Shown in pieces: positions 51,589 through 64,000 of a stretch of 64,000 bases of DNA. Position numbers and translations under genes: made by a program. Below the pieces are notes generated by a model, which was not told where the DNA came from, searched no databases, and saw only the letters and a list, made by a program, of their open reading frames with translations. The DNA comes from Candidatus Zhuqueibacterota bacterium (GTDB lineage Bacteria > Zhuqueibacterota > Zhuqueibacteria > Thermofontimicrobiales > Thermofontimicrobiaceae): assembly GCA_034506395.1 (NCBI GenBank), contig JAPDPQ010000001.1, positions 4,435 to 68,434 of the forward strand, in the 5' to 3' direction. Numbering within the stretch: the stretch's first letter is position 1; every line of letters starts with the position of its first letter.

Positions 51589-51741
51589 TTGTCGACCTCA
51601 ATGAGCTGTTTCACCTCTTATTTCAAAACGAAACGGGTGATGACCAAATTATCAGACCCGATTTCTATCGCGCGACCAATCGAGTAGCTGTCAGTTTGTT
51701 TTTGCCTTGGCATTGATTGAATAGGAACTTTTTGCCAGAAT

Positions 51742-52842
51742 TCATTGGTAATAGACCACGATGGCCTTGATCAGCCCAAACAATTTTTTATGAAGTTCCC
51801 ATGGGATACCATCGACTGACATAGCTGGGTGGCCAAGTTTGCCGTCAACGGCGATTCCAGTTTGAAAATAGCTCTCGATGAGTTTCGTTTCCGCAGCTTC
51901 ATCGAAAAGCTCGAGAAACTCATCGGCTCGATTCAGACAGAGATATAACCCAGCGATCAGTGCATAAGCTGCCCAATTGGACACTCCGGCCACGATAGTC
52001 GCATCGGCTGCCACGCGACAGGCAAATTTGCCCGCGTGGGCTGAGGCGATGTTGCACGCAATAACACGCCATGGAATGGAACCCATGCCGATTTCATTTC
52101 CTCCATCACCAATGCCAATCGTAAAAATCGGTTTCGAGGCGATCGTTTTGTTCTCGAATAACAGATGAATGGGGGCTGTGTCCTGACCAACCGGAAGGCC
52201 GTTCATCGTGAAGGGCTCGCCTTGCGATTCGCCCGGCCCTTGGGAAAGAAACCTGTTGAAATTGGATTCATCTGATAAATTTTCTTGCTTGGAGAACGAT
52301 TCGAGGGTATGGCTGGGTCCCACCCGTTCGATCGCGATCAAACAGCTCAGACGGTCATGGTTCAAGAAGAAATTTCGAACTTCTTCCATCATCATGTTGT
52401 TGTTGGCATATCGAATATCTTGTGCAGCCACATGATCGGACCGCGACCATTGAGAAGGGAATTCGATCAATTCACAATGATCCAGTTGATTGGCATAAAG
52501 GTGAACTCCCTGTGCCAGCAAGGGGAGGCCATAACGATCACTGATGAGCAAGACAGGGTATCCCAGCCGATTCAATCCTCGGGCCAGAAATAATGCACCA
52601 GGTGGGCCATCGTTCTCTGGCGCTGGTGGCTGTACATTCGGAATAAAAAAACCTGTCACAATGCCCACCTCATTGCCAGGATGCTCGATCAGAAATTGGA
52701 TCGCTTTCGCCAAATGACCTTGGGTCCTGGTACAGAGATTATCCTCTGGGATTCGGTGAATTCCGCGGCACCCCACATCGGTTTGAATGAGCCATTCCAA
52801 TTGCGCAAGCTGCTGCATTTTTATTTGGTCAGAAATTTTCAT
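51742..52842 (-). CDS. Conserved hypothetical protein (366 aa), possibly DUF4392-like
   Basis: ORF with conserved-looking blocks (GIVTGFFIP, FTIGIGDGGNEIGMG). Family assignment not secure. Confidence 0.45.
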   Translation of the reverse strand: MKISDQIKMQQLAQLEWLIQTDVGCRGIHRIPEDNLCTRTQGHLAKAIQFLIEHPGNEVGIVTGFFIPNVQPPAPENDGPPGALFLARGLNRLGYPVLLISDRYGLPLLAQGVHLYANQLDHCELIEFPSQWSRSDHVAAQDIRYANNNMMMEEVRNFFLNHDRLSCLIAIERVGPSHTLESFSKQENLSDESNFNRFLSQGPGESQGEPFTMNGLPVGQDTAPIHLLFENKTIASKPIFTIGIGDGGNEIGMGSIPWRVIACNIASAHAGKFACRVAADATIVAGVSNWAAYALIAGLYLCLNRADEFLELFDEAAETKLIESYFQTGIAVDGKLGHPAMSVDGIPWELHKKLFGLIKAIVVYYQ

Positions 52843-52916
52843 TCCAGCAGGATCATTGCCTCATAAAAGAACCATCCCATCAATGCTCATCTTCTTTTCG
52901 GAGCAGGTTCGTGATA

Positions 52917-55900
52917 TTATCTTGCAATCACCATTTTTCGCGTGAGCCGTTCAGTCGGCGTAATTAAACTATAAAAATAGATACCGCTCACAACACTCTC
53001 TCCCAGATCATCCCTTCCATCCCAATAGATTGTGTAAAAACCAGCTTTATGAAACTCATCAACCAGCGTCTTGATCTTTCGCCCCAGCACGTTGCTAATC
53101 ATGATTTTCACCTGACCATCGGTTGGGATCTCATATTTGATCGAAGTCTGGGTGTTAAAAGGATTGGGATAATTTTGCCATAGCATGAATTTTTCTGGTT
53201 TGGGCGCTGTAAGAGCAATGACGTTGTGAAATTTTTTCTTGCCGGTCAAGCTCAACTGTTCCAATTTGTAAAAATAGGTTTTTCCCGCCTCAGCGGTGCG
53301 ATCCTGAAACGAATAATGCTCCTTTCCCGTGATGAGCTGATCGGTGAGCCGGGTGAAGTCCTTGTTGGGTGATTCGCTGCGATAAAGATGAAACCCTGCA
53401 CAATTGGTTTCATAGCTAATGATCCAAAAAAGATCAATGGTGGCATCGCTATTGATGCGGCCGAAGAAATTATCGAGCTGGGCAAATTGCGGATAATAAG
53501 AACAAGCCAAATTGCACTTTCGAAATCCAGATTGATAACCATTACTTGTCAACAACTTGACACGCCAGTAAAACGGTCGATCAATGCTGATCCGCTCAAA
53601 CCCGATCAATTGATTCAAGTTGATCCTCTTCGTTCGGCAGGTGTCGGTACTGATCAATTTTGAAAATGTGCTGTCCCAGCTGAGCTGAATCACATATCGG
53701 CACTTCGTGAGATCAATGTCCTGCGAAAGTAACGAATCATTTTCCCAAATGAATAGATCTTCCTCGTGAATTCGACCTCCTTGAATTGGGAAGATCAACC
53801 GAGGGGCAGGTAACTGGATTTGTTTGGCTGGATGAATCACCCAATGGTGCATGACTGTGGTATCGCGACCTTCGACAACGAGCCATACAGTATCACTCAT
53901 TGAAATGGCTGAATTGACACGATAACAAAAACTGCTGTCCTGGCCGATTTTCATAAGCTGCTGACCGATCGACCAACGATATTGAAGAACATCGCGATCT
54001 CCTTCGCGCACCCCAACCGAAAGGGTGAGGCTATCTGGTGGAGTAATTGAGAGTTCCTCTTCCTTGGGGTAAAATGCCAATCGGAATGGGCGAGCTTCCA
54101 GCATCTTGGCCTTTTGGATATACCAGCGATGAACGATCGCGCTATCTCCATGTTCGATCAGCACTGTAATTGTATCGATTTTCGAATCGCGAAAGACAGG
54201 ATGATAGACGAAAATCGAGTCCTGGGCTGAGGAGTCGATCTGATGATTAACTTTCCATCGAAACCGAAAGTCATTCTTGGCATGGCGAACCAGAAAGACC
54301 AAACTATCGCTCAAAACTACTACCGAATCCTGGGGCAGATAGTGAATTTTTTTGCTCTCGGCGATGGAATCGAGCGGGCTGGGCCATAAGATCCATTGCA
54401 AATAAATGGCAGTATCGGCATCGGTGATACTGAGCCTCAGGGTATCGACAGTTGAACGATTTTCGGTGCAGCTAAAAACATATTGGTGCTGGCGGGCTGA
54501 GCGATCGATCAGGCCATTGAGTGACCAACTATATCGCAAACTGTCATGATCCGGATCCTGGCACAGCACTTGAAATTGAATGCTATCGCTTTTGACGATG
54601 AACGAATCAAGCGGGGGAGAACAATACCGGATTTGAGGTGCTCGATTTGGCCGCACTTTTGTGCTTACAATCCAGCGATGCGTCATGGAGCTATCCTGAT
54701 CCGCAATTTCGACTACAATCGTATCTAGGACTGTCGATTTATCCCCTTTGATAAATTTGTAGCTTGGCTCAACGGCAATGTTATCTTTCTTGCCATTGAT
54801 CAACCAACGCCAGTGATATTTCCCTCTCGCAACAGAATCAGCTAAAACCGATAGGATCAGAGTATCCCCAAATGCAATAGTCGTGTCAGATTGGGGCAGA
54901 AATCGCAAATCATTCAGGAGCCGGCGCGCCACGATCAAATCTACGATCCATTGATGTCTTAAGGTGGTATCTGAGGCAATAATGGTCACTGCAATAACAT
55001 TCTTGCCGGAGACGAGGGAATCGGAGGGGATCAATACCCAAGGATTTATGCTTGGTGCAAAAATTCTCTCATTAACCTGCCAGCGAAAAGAGAGCGAATC
55101 GACATCGGACGAGAACGTTTGTATTGAACATTTGAGCCGATCACCTATCCTTATGGTTGTATCTGATTTGGGGAATGTCCCAACAATAGCGATCTTGTTG
55201 GCGCTTTTCTGAGGCCACAAAATCCAGGAATGAATCAGAGTAGTGTCTTCATCAAAATGTCTGATTTTTACCGTGATGGTATCATTGGGTTTCTGTTCGA
55301 ACTGGTATGATTGAAAGGCAATTCGATTCGAATCATTCGAAATGGGCTTTCTATTCAACAGCCATTGAAATGAATATTTTTCTGAATCAATTGGCACGAC
55401 AGCAAAAGATATCGACGCCCCTTTTAAGATTGATGTATCTTGGGAGGGAAAAAATTGGAATAGGGATCGCAGCTCGGGATGAACAAACACAACATTGGAT
55501 CTTGTGATTTCATGAGCGACCGAATCAAAAGCAGAGATATAATACCAGTAGCGCTGATTCGGATTGGTGTTGACGTCTGTGAAAAGAGTATCCGAAGCCG
55601 GGAATTGAGAGATGGGTCGAAACGATCGCTGATGCTCCTCTTTTCGGAAGAGACAATAGCCCGCAAACTCAGGATCGCCAGTCCACTGCAAACTTGGAGG
55701 AAATCGATTAACGATTGTTAAACTGGGTGGTTGGATAATTCGGTTTATGAACGTAAACTCTTTCTCACAACGAAAACCCTCTTGTGTTGATATTTCGAGC
55801 ACAAGTCTGGCTTTATAGCCATGCGGACAATCGCCATTCATCGTTAATATCATCGGCGCCAATTCGTTGGTGAATTCCTGATTGTATTCCAATACAGGAA

Positions 55901-57449
55901 GAGTCACGTTCGAATTTTCGATGGCGACTTGAAGATCGCGGCTGAAGAGTTGCATCGATATCCCATGGGCAGTTGAAGAGAGATTTTTGATCTTGAACCA
56001 GATTGGAACCGAAAGACAATTTGATTTATGATCTTTTTCGCCAGATAGATCAAACTGGATTTGTCGAACGACGATATTCGGCAGGAATTGGGAATTGACC
56101 GCACGGAAGAAATTGATTCTCCCAGCTCCCAGTTGGCCATAATAACCAGAGTTTTTCTGATAAATATTGTCACTGCTCCATAGAATTCTTTTCTTCAAGC
56201 TGTCGGTGGTGATGATTTTTTCATTGGACAACAATATCCCAGCTAAGCAAGTGACATGGGCAGCGGCGATGGATGTGGGTGAAGGCCAATATTTAATCGA
56301 ATCTGTTGCACTGATGGATGCGAAAAGCTGAGCAGGGGCAGCCAGATCGATCCAGGGCCCGAAATTGCCGGATGAAATTTTTTGGTCATATTGATCTGTT
56401 GCCGTGACTGACCAGACCTCAGGAAAGGCGGCTGGATAAGCCGGCGCTTGGGCAAAATAATCTCCAGCAGCAGAGATGATCACCACATCGCGCTTGGCAG
56501 CGTATCGGATTGCGTGGTGAAGCAATCGAGAGGAATCTTCTCCAGCCCAACTCAAACATATAACTCGAGCGCCGTGATTAGCCGCGTAGACGATCGCTTG
56601 GGCTGCTGCAGCAGCGGGTACCAAGATTTTGCCTTGTCGCGTCAACAAACCTGCTTTCAACGCCATCAGCGTCAATCGACCTCCTGAGCGAAAACTCGTC
56701 CAATTAAGCAGCGGCTGCATGATCATTCTTGCCAGAGAAGTTCCGTGTCCTGACTCGTCAATGGATTGATTGGTCCAATCGATCCCGTATCGGACCATCA
56801 TTTCCCTGGGCACAAAATTCCAGCCACAAAGATCATCAACCAGGCCATTGCCATCATTATCTTTTCCATCAGCCTTTTCTAGCCGGTTATGCCAGAGAAT
56901 TTCGCTCAAATGGGGATCGGTCTGATCGACCCCAGCATCGATACTGGCAATTGTCAGCGAATATTTTGGGCTCAGCTTTTCTAACAGATCGATTGTTTGC
57001 ATTTCCAACGGCATAACGATCGGCGGATTCGTCGTCACTTCCGCATAATAAAAATAATTGTAATCGACCCAATCAACATCTTTTAATTTTTCATAACTGC
57101 TCCTGATCCTCGAGGCCGCGATCCCGTTGGAAAATCGCAACAAATAACAGCGATCCAGAGGATTTCCATTAATCGGTCCTCTGCTGAACAACGGAATTAT
57201 CTCTTTTAACCGATAAATCGCGTTAAGAGAATCTAATTGAAAAACTCCAGTCAAAAATGGCGACTTGCTCAGATTGATTTTCAATGGAGACTTCAATCGA
57301 ATAATGAGTTCGTTACGCGCATATTGCTCTGATATTACGGAAGGCTGAGCATAAACGACTTGCGGAACGATAAAAAGTTGGCGGGGCGCTAAGATGGAAA
57401 TACTCAGCACAATAAATCCAGCTATAATTTTTATACCAACCTTCTTCAT
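52917..57449 (-). CDS. Large secreted subtilisin-like (S8) peptidase with multiple Ig/FN3-like repeats and a T9SS (Por) C-terminal sorting domain
   Basis: Signal peptide. Asp (SIDAGVDQTDPHL), His (DESGHGTSLA) and Ser (PTSIAAAHVTCLAGIL) contexts. ~800 aa of repetitive beta-rich modules. C-terminal ...GFYTIYWDGRDDLGESVVSGIYFYSL... matches the T9SS CTD. Confidence 0.8.
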   Translation of the reverse strand: MKKVGIKIIAGFIVLSISILAPRQLFIVPQVVYAQPSVISEQYARNELIIRLKSPLKINLSKSPFLTGVFQLDSLNAIYRLKEIIPLFSRGPINGNPLDRCYLLRFSNGIAASRIRSSYEKLKDVDWVDYNYFYYAEVTTNPPIVMPLEMQTIDLLEKLSPKYSLTIASIDAGVDQTDPHLSEILWHNRLEKADGKDNDGNGLVDDLCGWNFVPREMMVRYGIDWTNQSIDESGHGTSLARMIMQPLLNWTSFRSGGRLTLMALKAGLLTRQGKILVPAAAAAQAIVYAANHGARVICLSWAGEDSSRLLHHAIRYAAKRDVVIISAAGDYFAQAPAYPAAFPEVWSVTATDQYDQKISSGNFGPWIDLAAPAQLFASISATDSIKYWPSPTSIAAAHVTCLAGILLSNEKIITTDSLKKRILWSSDNIYQKNSGYYGQLGAGRINFFRAVNSQFLPNIVVRQIQFDLSGEKDHKSNCLSVPIWFKIKNLSSTAHGISMQLFSRDLQVAIENSNVTLPVLEYNQEFTNELAPMILTMNGDCPHGYKARLVLEISTQEGFRCEKEFTFINRIIQPPSLTIVNRFPPSLQWTGDPEFAGYCLFRKEEHQRSFRPISQFPASDTLFTDVNTNPNQRYWYYISAFDSVAHEITRSNVVFVHPELRSLFQFFPSQDTSILKGASISFAVVPIDSEKYSFQWLLNRKPISNDSNRIAFQSYQFEQKPNDTITVKIRHFDEDTTLIHSWILWPQKSANKIAIVGTFPKSDTTIRIGDRLKCSIQTFSSDVDSLSFRWQVNERIFAPSINPWVLIPSDSLVSGKNVIAVTIIASDTTLRHQWIVDLIVARRLLNDLRFLPQSDTTIAFGDTLILSVLADSVARGKYHWRWLINGKKDNIAVEPSYKFIKGDKSTVLDTIVVEIADQDSSMTHRWIVSTKVRPNRAPQIRYCSPPLDSFIVKSDSIQFQVLCQDPDHDSLRYSWSLNGLIDRSARQHQYVFSCTENRSTVDTLRLSITDADTAIYLQWILWPSPLDSIAESKKIHYLPQDSVVVLSDSLVFLVRHAKNDFRFRWKVNHQIDSSAQDSIFVYHPVFRDSKIDTITVLIEHGDSAIVHRWYIQKAKMLEARPFRLAFYPKEEELSITPPDSLTLSVGVREGDRDVLQYRWSIGQQLMKIGQDSSFCYRVNSAISMSDTVWLVVEGRDTTVMHHWVIHPAKQIQLPAPRLIFPIQGGRIHEEDLFIWENDSLLSQDIDLTKCRYVIQLSWDSTFSKLISTDTCRTKRINLNQLIGFERISIDRPFYWRVKLLTSNGYQSGFRKCNLACSYYPQFAQLDNFFGRINSDATIDLFWIISYETNCAGFHLYRSESPNKDFTRLTDQLITGKEHYSFQDRTAEAGKTYFYKLEQLSLTGKKKFHNVIALTAPKPEKFMLWQNYPNPFNTQTSIKYEIPTDGQVKIMISNVLGRKIKTLVDEFHKAGFYTIYWDGRDDLGESVVSGIYFYSLITPTERLTRKMVIAR

Positions 57450-58337
57450 CGCAACCCTTTGCTCTGCTGCAGTGCTTCAGGATGGATTTCTGGAGAAACC
57501 GATTGAAGATCTATCTGAGATAGGATTAAAATGATGTTTAGAAGAAAAATTAGGTCGTATCAAATCTTCAATAACAATTTCTCCAAAATTATTTTTCTTT
57601 CGATGATTTGTAAAGTCTTTGGGTTCAGCAATCTCTTTTCATTGCTATCTTTTCTCCAAAACTTTACGAGCTTTTCAATGAGCGTTTCTTTTTCTCATTG
57701 AAGGTCTAATCATTTTCCCTCTGTCTTGATCTGAGCTACCCCCTCTCCTAAAGGATTGGCCAGCATTGAATCGTCATCCTTGAATGAAGCCATTTGGCGC
57801 CCATTTTATTTCGAAAAATAGCTCCCGAATCATCACGCTATTTATATACCAATTAGTTTGGATATTGTCAAGTAGTTTGTTAGTTTAAAGCAAAAAATGA
57901 TCAATCAAACCTATCTGCCTATCGATCACGAAAATTTCGATTTGCTGCAACCATTTTAAGAGAGATCAAACCAACCTCTCTCATTCGTCCTTCTTAATAG
58001 AATTACTGCATGCAATTTTCATTTGTTCCAAAGGAGAGGGGTTATGTTTGAGGGTTTACCAAGATGTTGATTCAACCAATGCTTTCTTACACATTTTTTT
58101 TCACTAAACCACTTTCTCAAGCTGAAGGATTAATAGATTGCCTGATCCCCAATATGCGGGTGAATCGCGAGCCTAACCCAATCTAAATTGCATTCCCTTC
58201 TTGGAAAGCTGAAATTAACGAGGTCATCCACTCCGATTGCATGATTGCAAATGATAATTTTTCTAAAAGGGAGAAGTTCGTTGCTTCTTAAAGCACCTTT
58301 GCGCCCTTTTCCGCTTGATATTTGACAAAATTTTCTA

Positions 58338-58366
58338 TTGACATTCTTGATATTTTTTCTTATATT
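58338..58366 (+). promoter_or_regulatory. Sigma-70-like promoter candidate for rpsT (TTGACA-N17-TATATT)
   Basis: TTGACA at 58338-58343, a 17-nt spacer, then TATATT at 58361-58366, about 48 nt upstream of the ATG. A second TTGACA lies at 58322. Confidence 0.4.
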
Positions 58367-58413
58367 CTGCCTGCCTTAATGATAATGAATTAAAATTTAA
58401 AACGAAGGAGTCT

Positions 58414-58671
58414 ATGGCACATCATAAATCGGCAATCAAGCGGATAAAAACCAGCCGAAAACAGAATCAACGCAATGTGAGCTATAAATCTCAGATGAAG
58501 ACCGTAATAAAGAAGGTATTGGGCATTAAAGATAAAGATGCGGTTCAGAATGAGGTGAAAAAGGCATATAAGCTGTTGGATAAGCTAGCAGCAAAGGGGA
58601 TTATACATAAAAATAAAGCTGCAAATAAAAAGTCCAAATTAGCTAGACATGCTAACAAAATAGCTGCATAA
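58414..58671 (+). CDS. rpsT: 30S ribosomal protein S20
   Basis: MAHHKSAIKRIKTSRKQNQRN... Confidence 0.9.
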   Translation: MAHHKSAIKRIKTSRKQNQRNVSYKSQMKTVIKKVLGIKDKDAVQNEVKKAYKLLDKLAAKGIIHKNKAANKKSKLARHANKIAA

Positions 58672-58750
58672 TTTGATATTTCATTTTTCTTTTGAAATCT
58701 ATCTACGACTGGCATTAGATCTGATCAACAATCAGATCATGAAAAGCTGA

Positions 58751-58826
58751 GGCCGGAGTGGCTAGCCAAAACCGGTAACTCCCCCTAATCCCGGGATGGC
58801 ATTATAACTCCGGTCTCTTTTTTTTG
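58751..58826 (+). terminator. Putative structured rho-independent terminator downstream of rpsT
   Basis: CCGGAGT (58753-59) pairs with ACTCCGG (58807-13) and is followed by TCTC and a T8 run (58818-25). The inner loop has the additional palindromes GGCTAGCC and CCCGGG. Confidence 0.45.
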
Positions 58827-58988
58827 TCTATAAGGGTTTTGCAAATATTCAATCTACAGGATAACAATCATGCCTTAAAACAAAGGGCAACCAATCATTT
58901 CACTGCCTGCCTCAGAATGCGACAAAAAGGGGTCCCGCCTAATCAACACACCTTCCTTGAATATGCAATTTTGCTGTCCTCAATTCTT

Positions 58989-60473
<1,485 letters not shown>

Positions 60474-60629
60474 TCAAAACTAATTAAAATTTATCGATTG
60501 AAAGCATTCCTAACGAGCAATCTTTTTTATTTAAGCTGCCGTTAACTCTTCAAAAGCAAATTTGATCAATCAATTCGGCTGAACCATCAGGAGATAATCG
60601 AACCAAGCAGAATTCACCGAATTCTTCCT

Positions 60630-60989
60630 TTGGTTCAACCTTCATTTTTTTTTGATGGGCCTTCTATAAAAATAAAGTTGTCCAATAATACTAAATATTT
60701 TGCTCAGAGTCAACTATTTTTCAGCAATCTCTCAGTTGACACGTTCAATGACATCCGTTTATCGACCATAATAGGGATCACTCAATATATTAAGACGGTT
60801 TTAAACAACTCGCTCACAATCAACTGGAATAACCGATCCATGACGCTAAATAAAAACCTCAAAGAAGGGCATATTGAAAAAGGAGATGTACTGGTCTCAA
60901 TTCACCTCAACTACAAGCGACCAAGATTATCAATCATGGAAGAAATTCTGCAAAATCTGCCTAGTGAGAAGCAGGCGATGATGAGATAG
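60630..60989 (+). CDS. Hypothetical protein (119 aa)
   Basis: ORF only, AT-rich and low complexity. Weak. Confidence 0.3.
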   Translation: MVQPSFFFDGPSIKIKLSNNTKYFAQSQLFFSNLSVDTFNDIRLSTIIGITQYIKTVLNNSLTINWNNRSMTLNKNLKEGHIEKGDVLVSIHLNYKRPRLSIMEEILQNLPSEKQAMMR

Positions 60990-61076
60990 GCTTGATTCAA
61001 AATTTAGTATTGATTTATTCGGAAAATTTTCCTATTATTGGTGACTTTAAAAAGTAATTAGTAGCGGTACAAGGTA

Positions 61077-62882
61077 GTGAACAATATGTCAATCGAGCTC
61101 ATTAGAAATTTCTCAATTATCGCACATATCGATCACGGAAAATCGACGTTAGCGGATCGGTTATTGGAGGCAACTGGCACGCTTCGCAAAGAGGAGATGG
61201 TCGATCAGGTTCTCGATAGTATGGATTTGGAACGGGAACGGGGGATTACAATCAAGGCCCATGCCATTACCATGACTTATCATGCTGACGATCATAAAAC
61301 CTACACCTTGAATTTGATCGACACTCCAGGCCATGTCGATTTTTCTTATGAAGTTTCGCGCAGCTTGGCGGCGTGCGAAGGCGCAATCTTGGTAGTTGAT
61401 GCCACGCAGGGCGTCGAAGCCCAAACGATTAGCAATCTCTATTTGGCGTTGGAAAACAATCTCGAGATCATTCCCGTGATCAATAAAATTGACATGCAGA
61501 ACGCCCGAATCGATGCGGTAAAACAACAGATCGTCGAAATCATGGGAATAGACGAGCGTGATATTTTATTATGCAGTGCTCGGGAGGGAATTGGCATCCA
61601 TGAGTTACTGGAGGCGGTTGTCCATCGGATTCCACCGCCGAAGGGCGATCCAACCGCACCGTTGCAAGCATTGATTTTCGATTCCATGTTTAATAGTTAT
61701 CGAGGCGCGATCGCTTATATCCGGGTTTTTCAGGGGGAGATTTATACAGGGATGCCCATAAAATTCTTCTCTCATGATAAAATTTATGAAGTGGCTGAAG
61801 TGGGCATTTTGAAATTGAAGAATATCCCTCGCGATCGATTAACTGTGGGAGAAGTTGGATATGTTATCGCTGGTGCAAAAGAGGTAAAGGATACTAAGGT
61901 CGGCGATACCATCACCTCCGCAGAGAATCCAGCGCCAAAACCGCTGCCTGGTTATCGAGAAGCCAAACCTATGGTGTTTAGCAGCCTCTTTCCAGCAAAA
62001 AATGAGGATTATGAAGATCTTCGGGATGCTTTGGAGCGTCTTAAGCTCAATGATGCTGCATTGGTATTTGAACCTGAGAATTCGCTCGCCCTCGGTTTTG
62101 GGTTTCGCTGTGGCTTTCTGGGATTGCTCCACATGGAGATCATTCAGGAGCGGCTAGAGCGTGAATATCATCTAAATTTGGTCAATACCCTTCCCAGTGT
62201 CGCGTTTCGAGTTCATAAGACCAATGGGGAAATCGTCATGGTGGATAACCCTGTTAAAATGCCTCCAGCAGGAAACATCAAGTTGATCGAAGAACCCTAT
62301 GTTCGCGCTGACATTTTAACTCCTATTGAATACATCGGTAACATCATGAAGATCGCACAGGAGCGGCGCGGCATATATAAAAACACCGATTACCTCGATC
62401 CCACGCGGGCGAATCTTCATTATGAGTTTCCCTTAGCAGAGATCATTTATGATTTTTATGACAAATTGAAATCGGTGAGCAAAGGTTACGCATCTTTCGA
62501 TTATGAATTTCTCAATTATCAGCCGGGCGATCTAATCAAATTGGATATTCTAATCAATAAAGAACCTGTGGACGCCCTGTCGATCATCATTCATCGTTCC
62601 AAGGGTTACGAATGGGGCCGAAAGGTTTGCCAGAAGCTCAAGGAACTGATCCCTCGGCAAATGTTTGAAGTGGTGATTCAGTCGGCAATTGGAAGCAAAA
62701 TCATTGCAAGGGAAACAATTCGACCATTGCGGAAAAATGTTACCGCGAAATGCTACGGAGGCGATATCACGCGCAAAAGGAAGTTGCTGGAAAAACAAAA
62801 GGAGGGAAAAAAGCGGATGAAACAATTGGGGAGTGTCGAGGTGCCTCAGGAAGCGTTCTTGGCGGTGTTAAAGGTGGATTGA
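61077..62882 (+). CDS. lepA: Elongation factor 4 (LepA)
   Basis: [22 protein letters not shown]...DTPGHVDF...NKID, plus the LepA-specific C-terminal domain. Confidence 0.9.
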   Translation: MNNMSIELIRNFSIIAHIDHGKSTLADRLLEATGTLRKEEMVDQVLDSMDLERERGITIKAHAITMTYHADDHKTYTLNLIDTPGHVDFSYEVSRSLAACEGAILVVDATQGVEAQTISNLYLALENNLEIIPVINKIDMQNARIDAVKQQIVEIMGIDERDILLCSAREGIGIHELLEAVVHRIPPPKGDPTAPLQALIFDSMFNSYRGAIAYIRVFQGEIYTGMPIKFFSHDKIYEVAEVGILKLKNIPRDRLTVGEVGYVIAGAKEVKDTKVGDTITSAENPAPKPLPGYREAKPMVFSSLFPAKNEDYEDLRDALERLKLNDAALVFEPENSLALGFGFRCGFLGLLHMEIIQERLEREYHLNLVNTLPSVAFRVHKTNGEIVMVDNPVKMPPAGNIKLIEEPYVRADILTPIEYIGNIMKIAQERRGIYKNTDYLDPTRANLHYEFPLAEIIYDFYDKLKSVSKGYASFDYEFLNYQPGDLIKLDILINKEPVDALSIIIHRSKGYEWGRKVCQKLKELIPRQMFEVVIQSAIGSKIIARETIRPLRKNVTAKCYGGDITRKRKLLEKQKEGKKRMKQLGSVEVPQEAFLAVLKVD

Positions 62883-63221
62883 ACTTATTGGACCATATCG
62901 AGCTGAGCGAATTAAATATGGCTCTTGACGATCCGCATCGAAAATCAATCAGAGGTCTGATTGTGAACTTTTGAAGCCTCTTGACTGATTGAAATCATGA
63001 GAATGTCCTGGACCTATGAATCCAAGGCTCTTGGATAACTTATTTGGCGGATGAAATAAATCGGGTTGCAAAGGAGACAAGCTCGCGGATGAAGCGACTG
63101 CGGATCAATATCGCTTCTTTGCCTGATCTGTAATGGTGAAACCGCGCTCAACCGTCTCCCGTATTGAAAGGTCGCATTTTTATAATTCTCAAAAAGATTT
63201 TCAAGCGAAAGGAGCTCTCCG

Positions 63222-63980
63222 TTGATCGAGGCAATTCATCTAACCAAGCGATTTGATGGGCTGGTAGCTGTTAATGATCTCAATCTCCAGGTTCATAGAG
63301 AACTTTTTGTATTTCTCGGTCCGAATGGCGCAGGAAAAACGACAACCATTAAAATGATGACGGGGCTATTGCGCCCGAATTCTGGAACGGTTCGAATCGA
63401 GGGCTATGATCTGTTACAGCAACCCATTGAAGCCAAGAGAATGTTCGGCTTGGTCCCAGACACCCCAGTGCTTTACGATAAATTGACACTCAAGGAATTT
63501 TTGCAGTTCATCGCCGATCTGTATGAAGTGGAACGTTCGACCTTCCGTCGACGTTTTGCCAATCTTGTAGAATTGTTTGAGCTCGAAGATAAGATCGATG
63601 AATTGATCCAAAATTTTTCTCACGGCATGAAACAAAAGGCAATTTTGGCCGCCGCGCTGATCCATGACCCAAAAGTGTTATTTTTAGATGAACCGACTGT
63701 GGGATTAGACCCTAAGAGCGCGAGAAAATTGAAGGATCTGCTCCGAGGCTTGATAGAACAAGGGGTCACAATATTCATGTCCACGCACATTCTTGAAATT
63801 GCCGAAGCGATGTGCGATCGCGTGGGAATCATCGATAAAGGGAAATTGATAGCCTGCGGCACGATGCAGGAATTGCGTTTAAAATCTAAAAGACATGACA
63901 CCAGTTTGGAATCTATTTTTCTGGAACTCACTGGGGGCGATGAATATCATGATGTAATCAAATATTTGGAAGAAAAGTAG
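63222..63980 (+). CDS. ABC transporter ATP-binding protein (ABC-2 / CcmA-like)
   Basis: Walker A GPNGAGKTT, signature FSHGMKQK and Walker B LFLDEPTVGLD. Apparent TTG start. Confidence 0.85.
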   Translation: MIEAIHLTKRFDGLVAVNDLNLQVHRELFVFLGPNGAGKTTTIKMMTGLLRPNSGTVRIEGYDLLQQPIEAKRMFGLVPDTPVLYDKLTLKEFLQFIADLYEVERSTFRRRFANLVELFELEDKIDELIQNFSHGMKQKAILAAALIHDPKVLFLDEPTVGLDPKSARKLKDLLRGLIEQGVTIFMSTHILEIAEAMCDRVGIIDKGKLIACGTMQELRLKSKRHDTSLESIFLELTGGDEYHDVIKYLEEK

Positions 63981-64000
63981 CCATGAACTTTCATCAGCTT

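Noticed and set aside
58751-58826. Structured element after rpsT as an independent ncRNA gene (4.5S, tmRNA or tRNA-like)
   Set aside because: It has no match to the conserved cores of SRP RNA, tmRNA or RNase P that I can recall. The hairpin plus T-run right after a stop codon is best explained as a terminator.

Overview
This is a chromosomal window from a bacterium, probably an FCB-group or candidate-phylum lineage. The main evidence is a 1510-aa S8 protease ending in a T9SS (Por) C-terminal sorting domain. I see no transposase, integrase, CRISPR array or prophage genes. Housekeeping genes are dense: the rpsF-ssb-rpsR-rplI block, H+-pyrophosphatase, the ispE-spoVG-tRNA(Gln)-prs-rplY block, PBP1A, guaB, lepA, rpsT, nadE and tsaD. 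The standout feature is a bacterial microcompartment (BMC) locus at about 3.4-12.6 kb. It has six shell genes: one BMC-H, one permuted BMC-T, one tandem PduT-like BMC-T and three BMC-P pentamer paralogs. With them are a CoA-acylating aldehyde dehydrogenase with an N-terminal encapsulation peptide, a fused RpiB-DeoC protein, a class II aldolase, a DUF89 sugar-phosphate phosphatase and an embedded GNAT acetyltransferase. By its DERA + RpiB + AldDH signature it is closest to the SPU (sugar-phosphate-utilising) BMC class, but its composition is unusual. No PduL, acetate kinase or alcohol dehydrogenase is present. Two cargo enzymes carry an amphipathic-helix plus Cys-cluster module. About 25 kb downstream, a deoA / phosphohexomutase-family / nitroreductase / ppx operon could feed deoxyribose 5-phosphate to the organelle. 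Other notable items are an orphan PFL2-type glycyl radical enzyme with no adjacent activase, a sigma-24/ZAS anti-sigma plus OsmC plus DUF1858 redox module just upstream of the BMC locus, a fused LeuC-LeuD aconitase-family gene at the window edge, and several repeat or operator-like elements in intergenic DNA.
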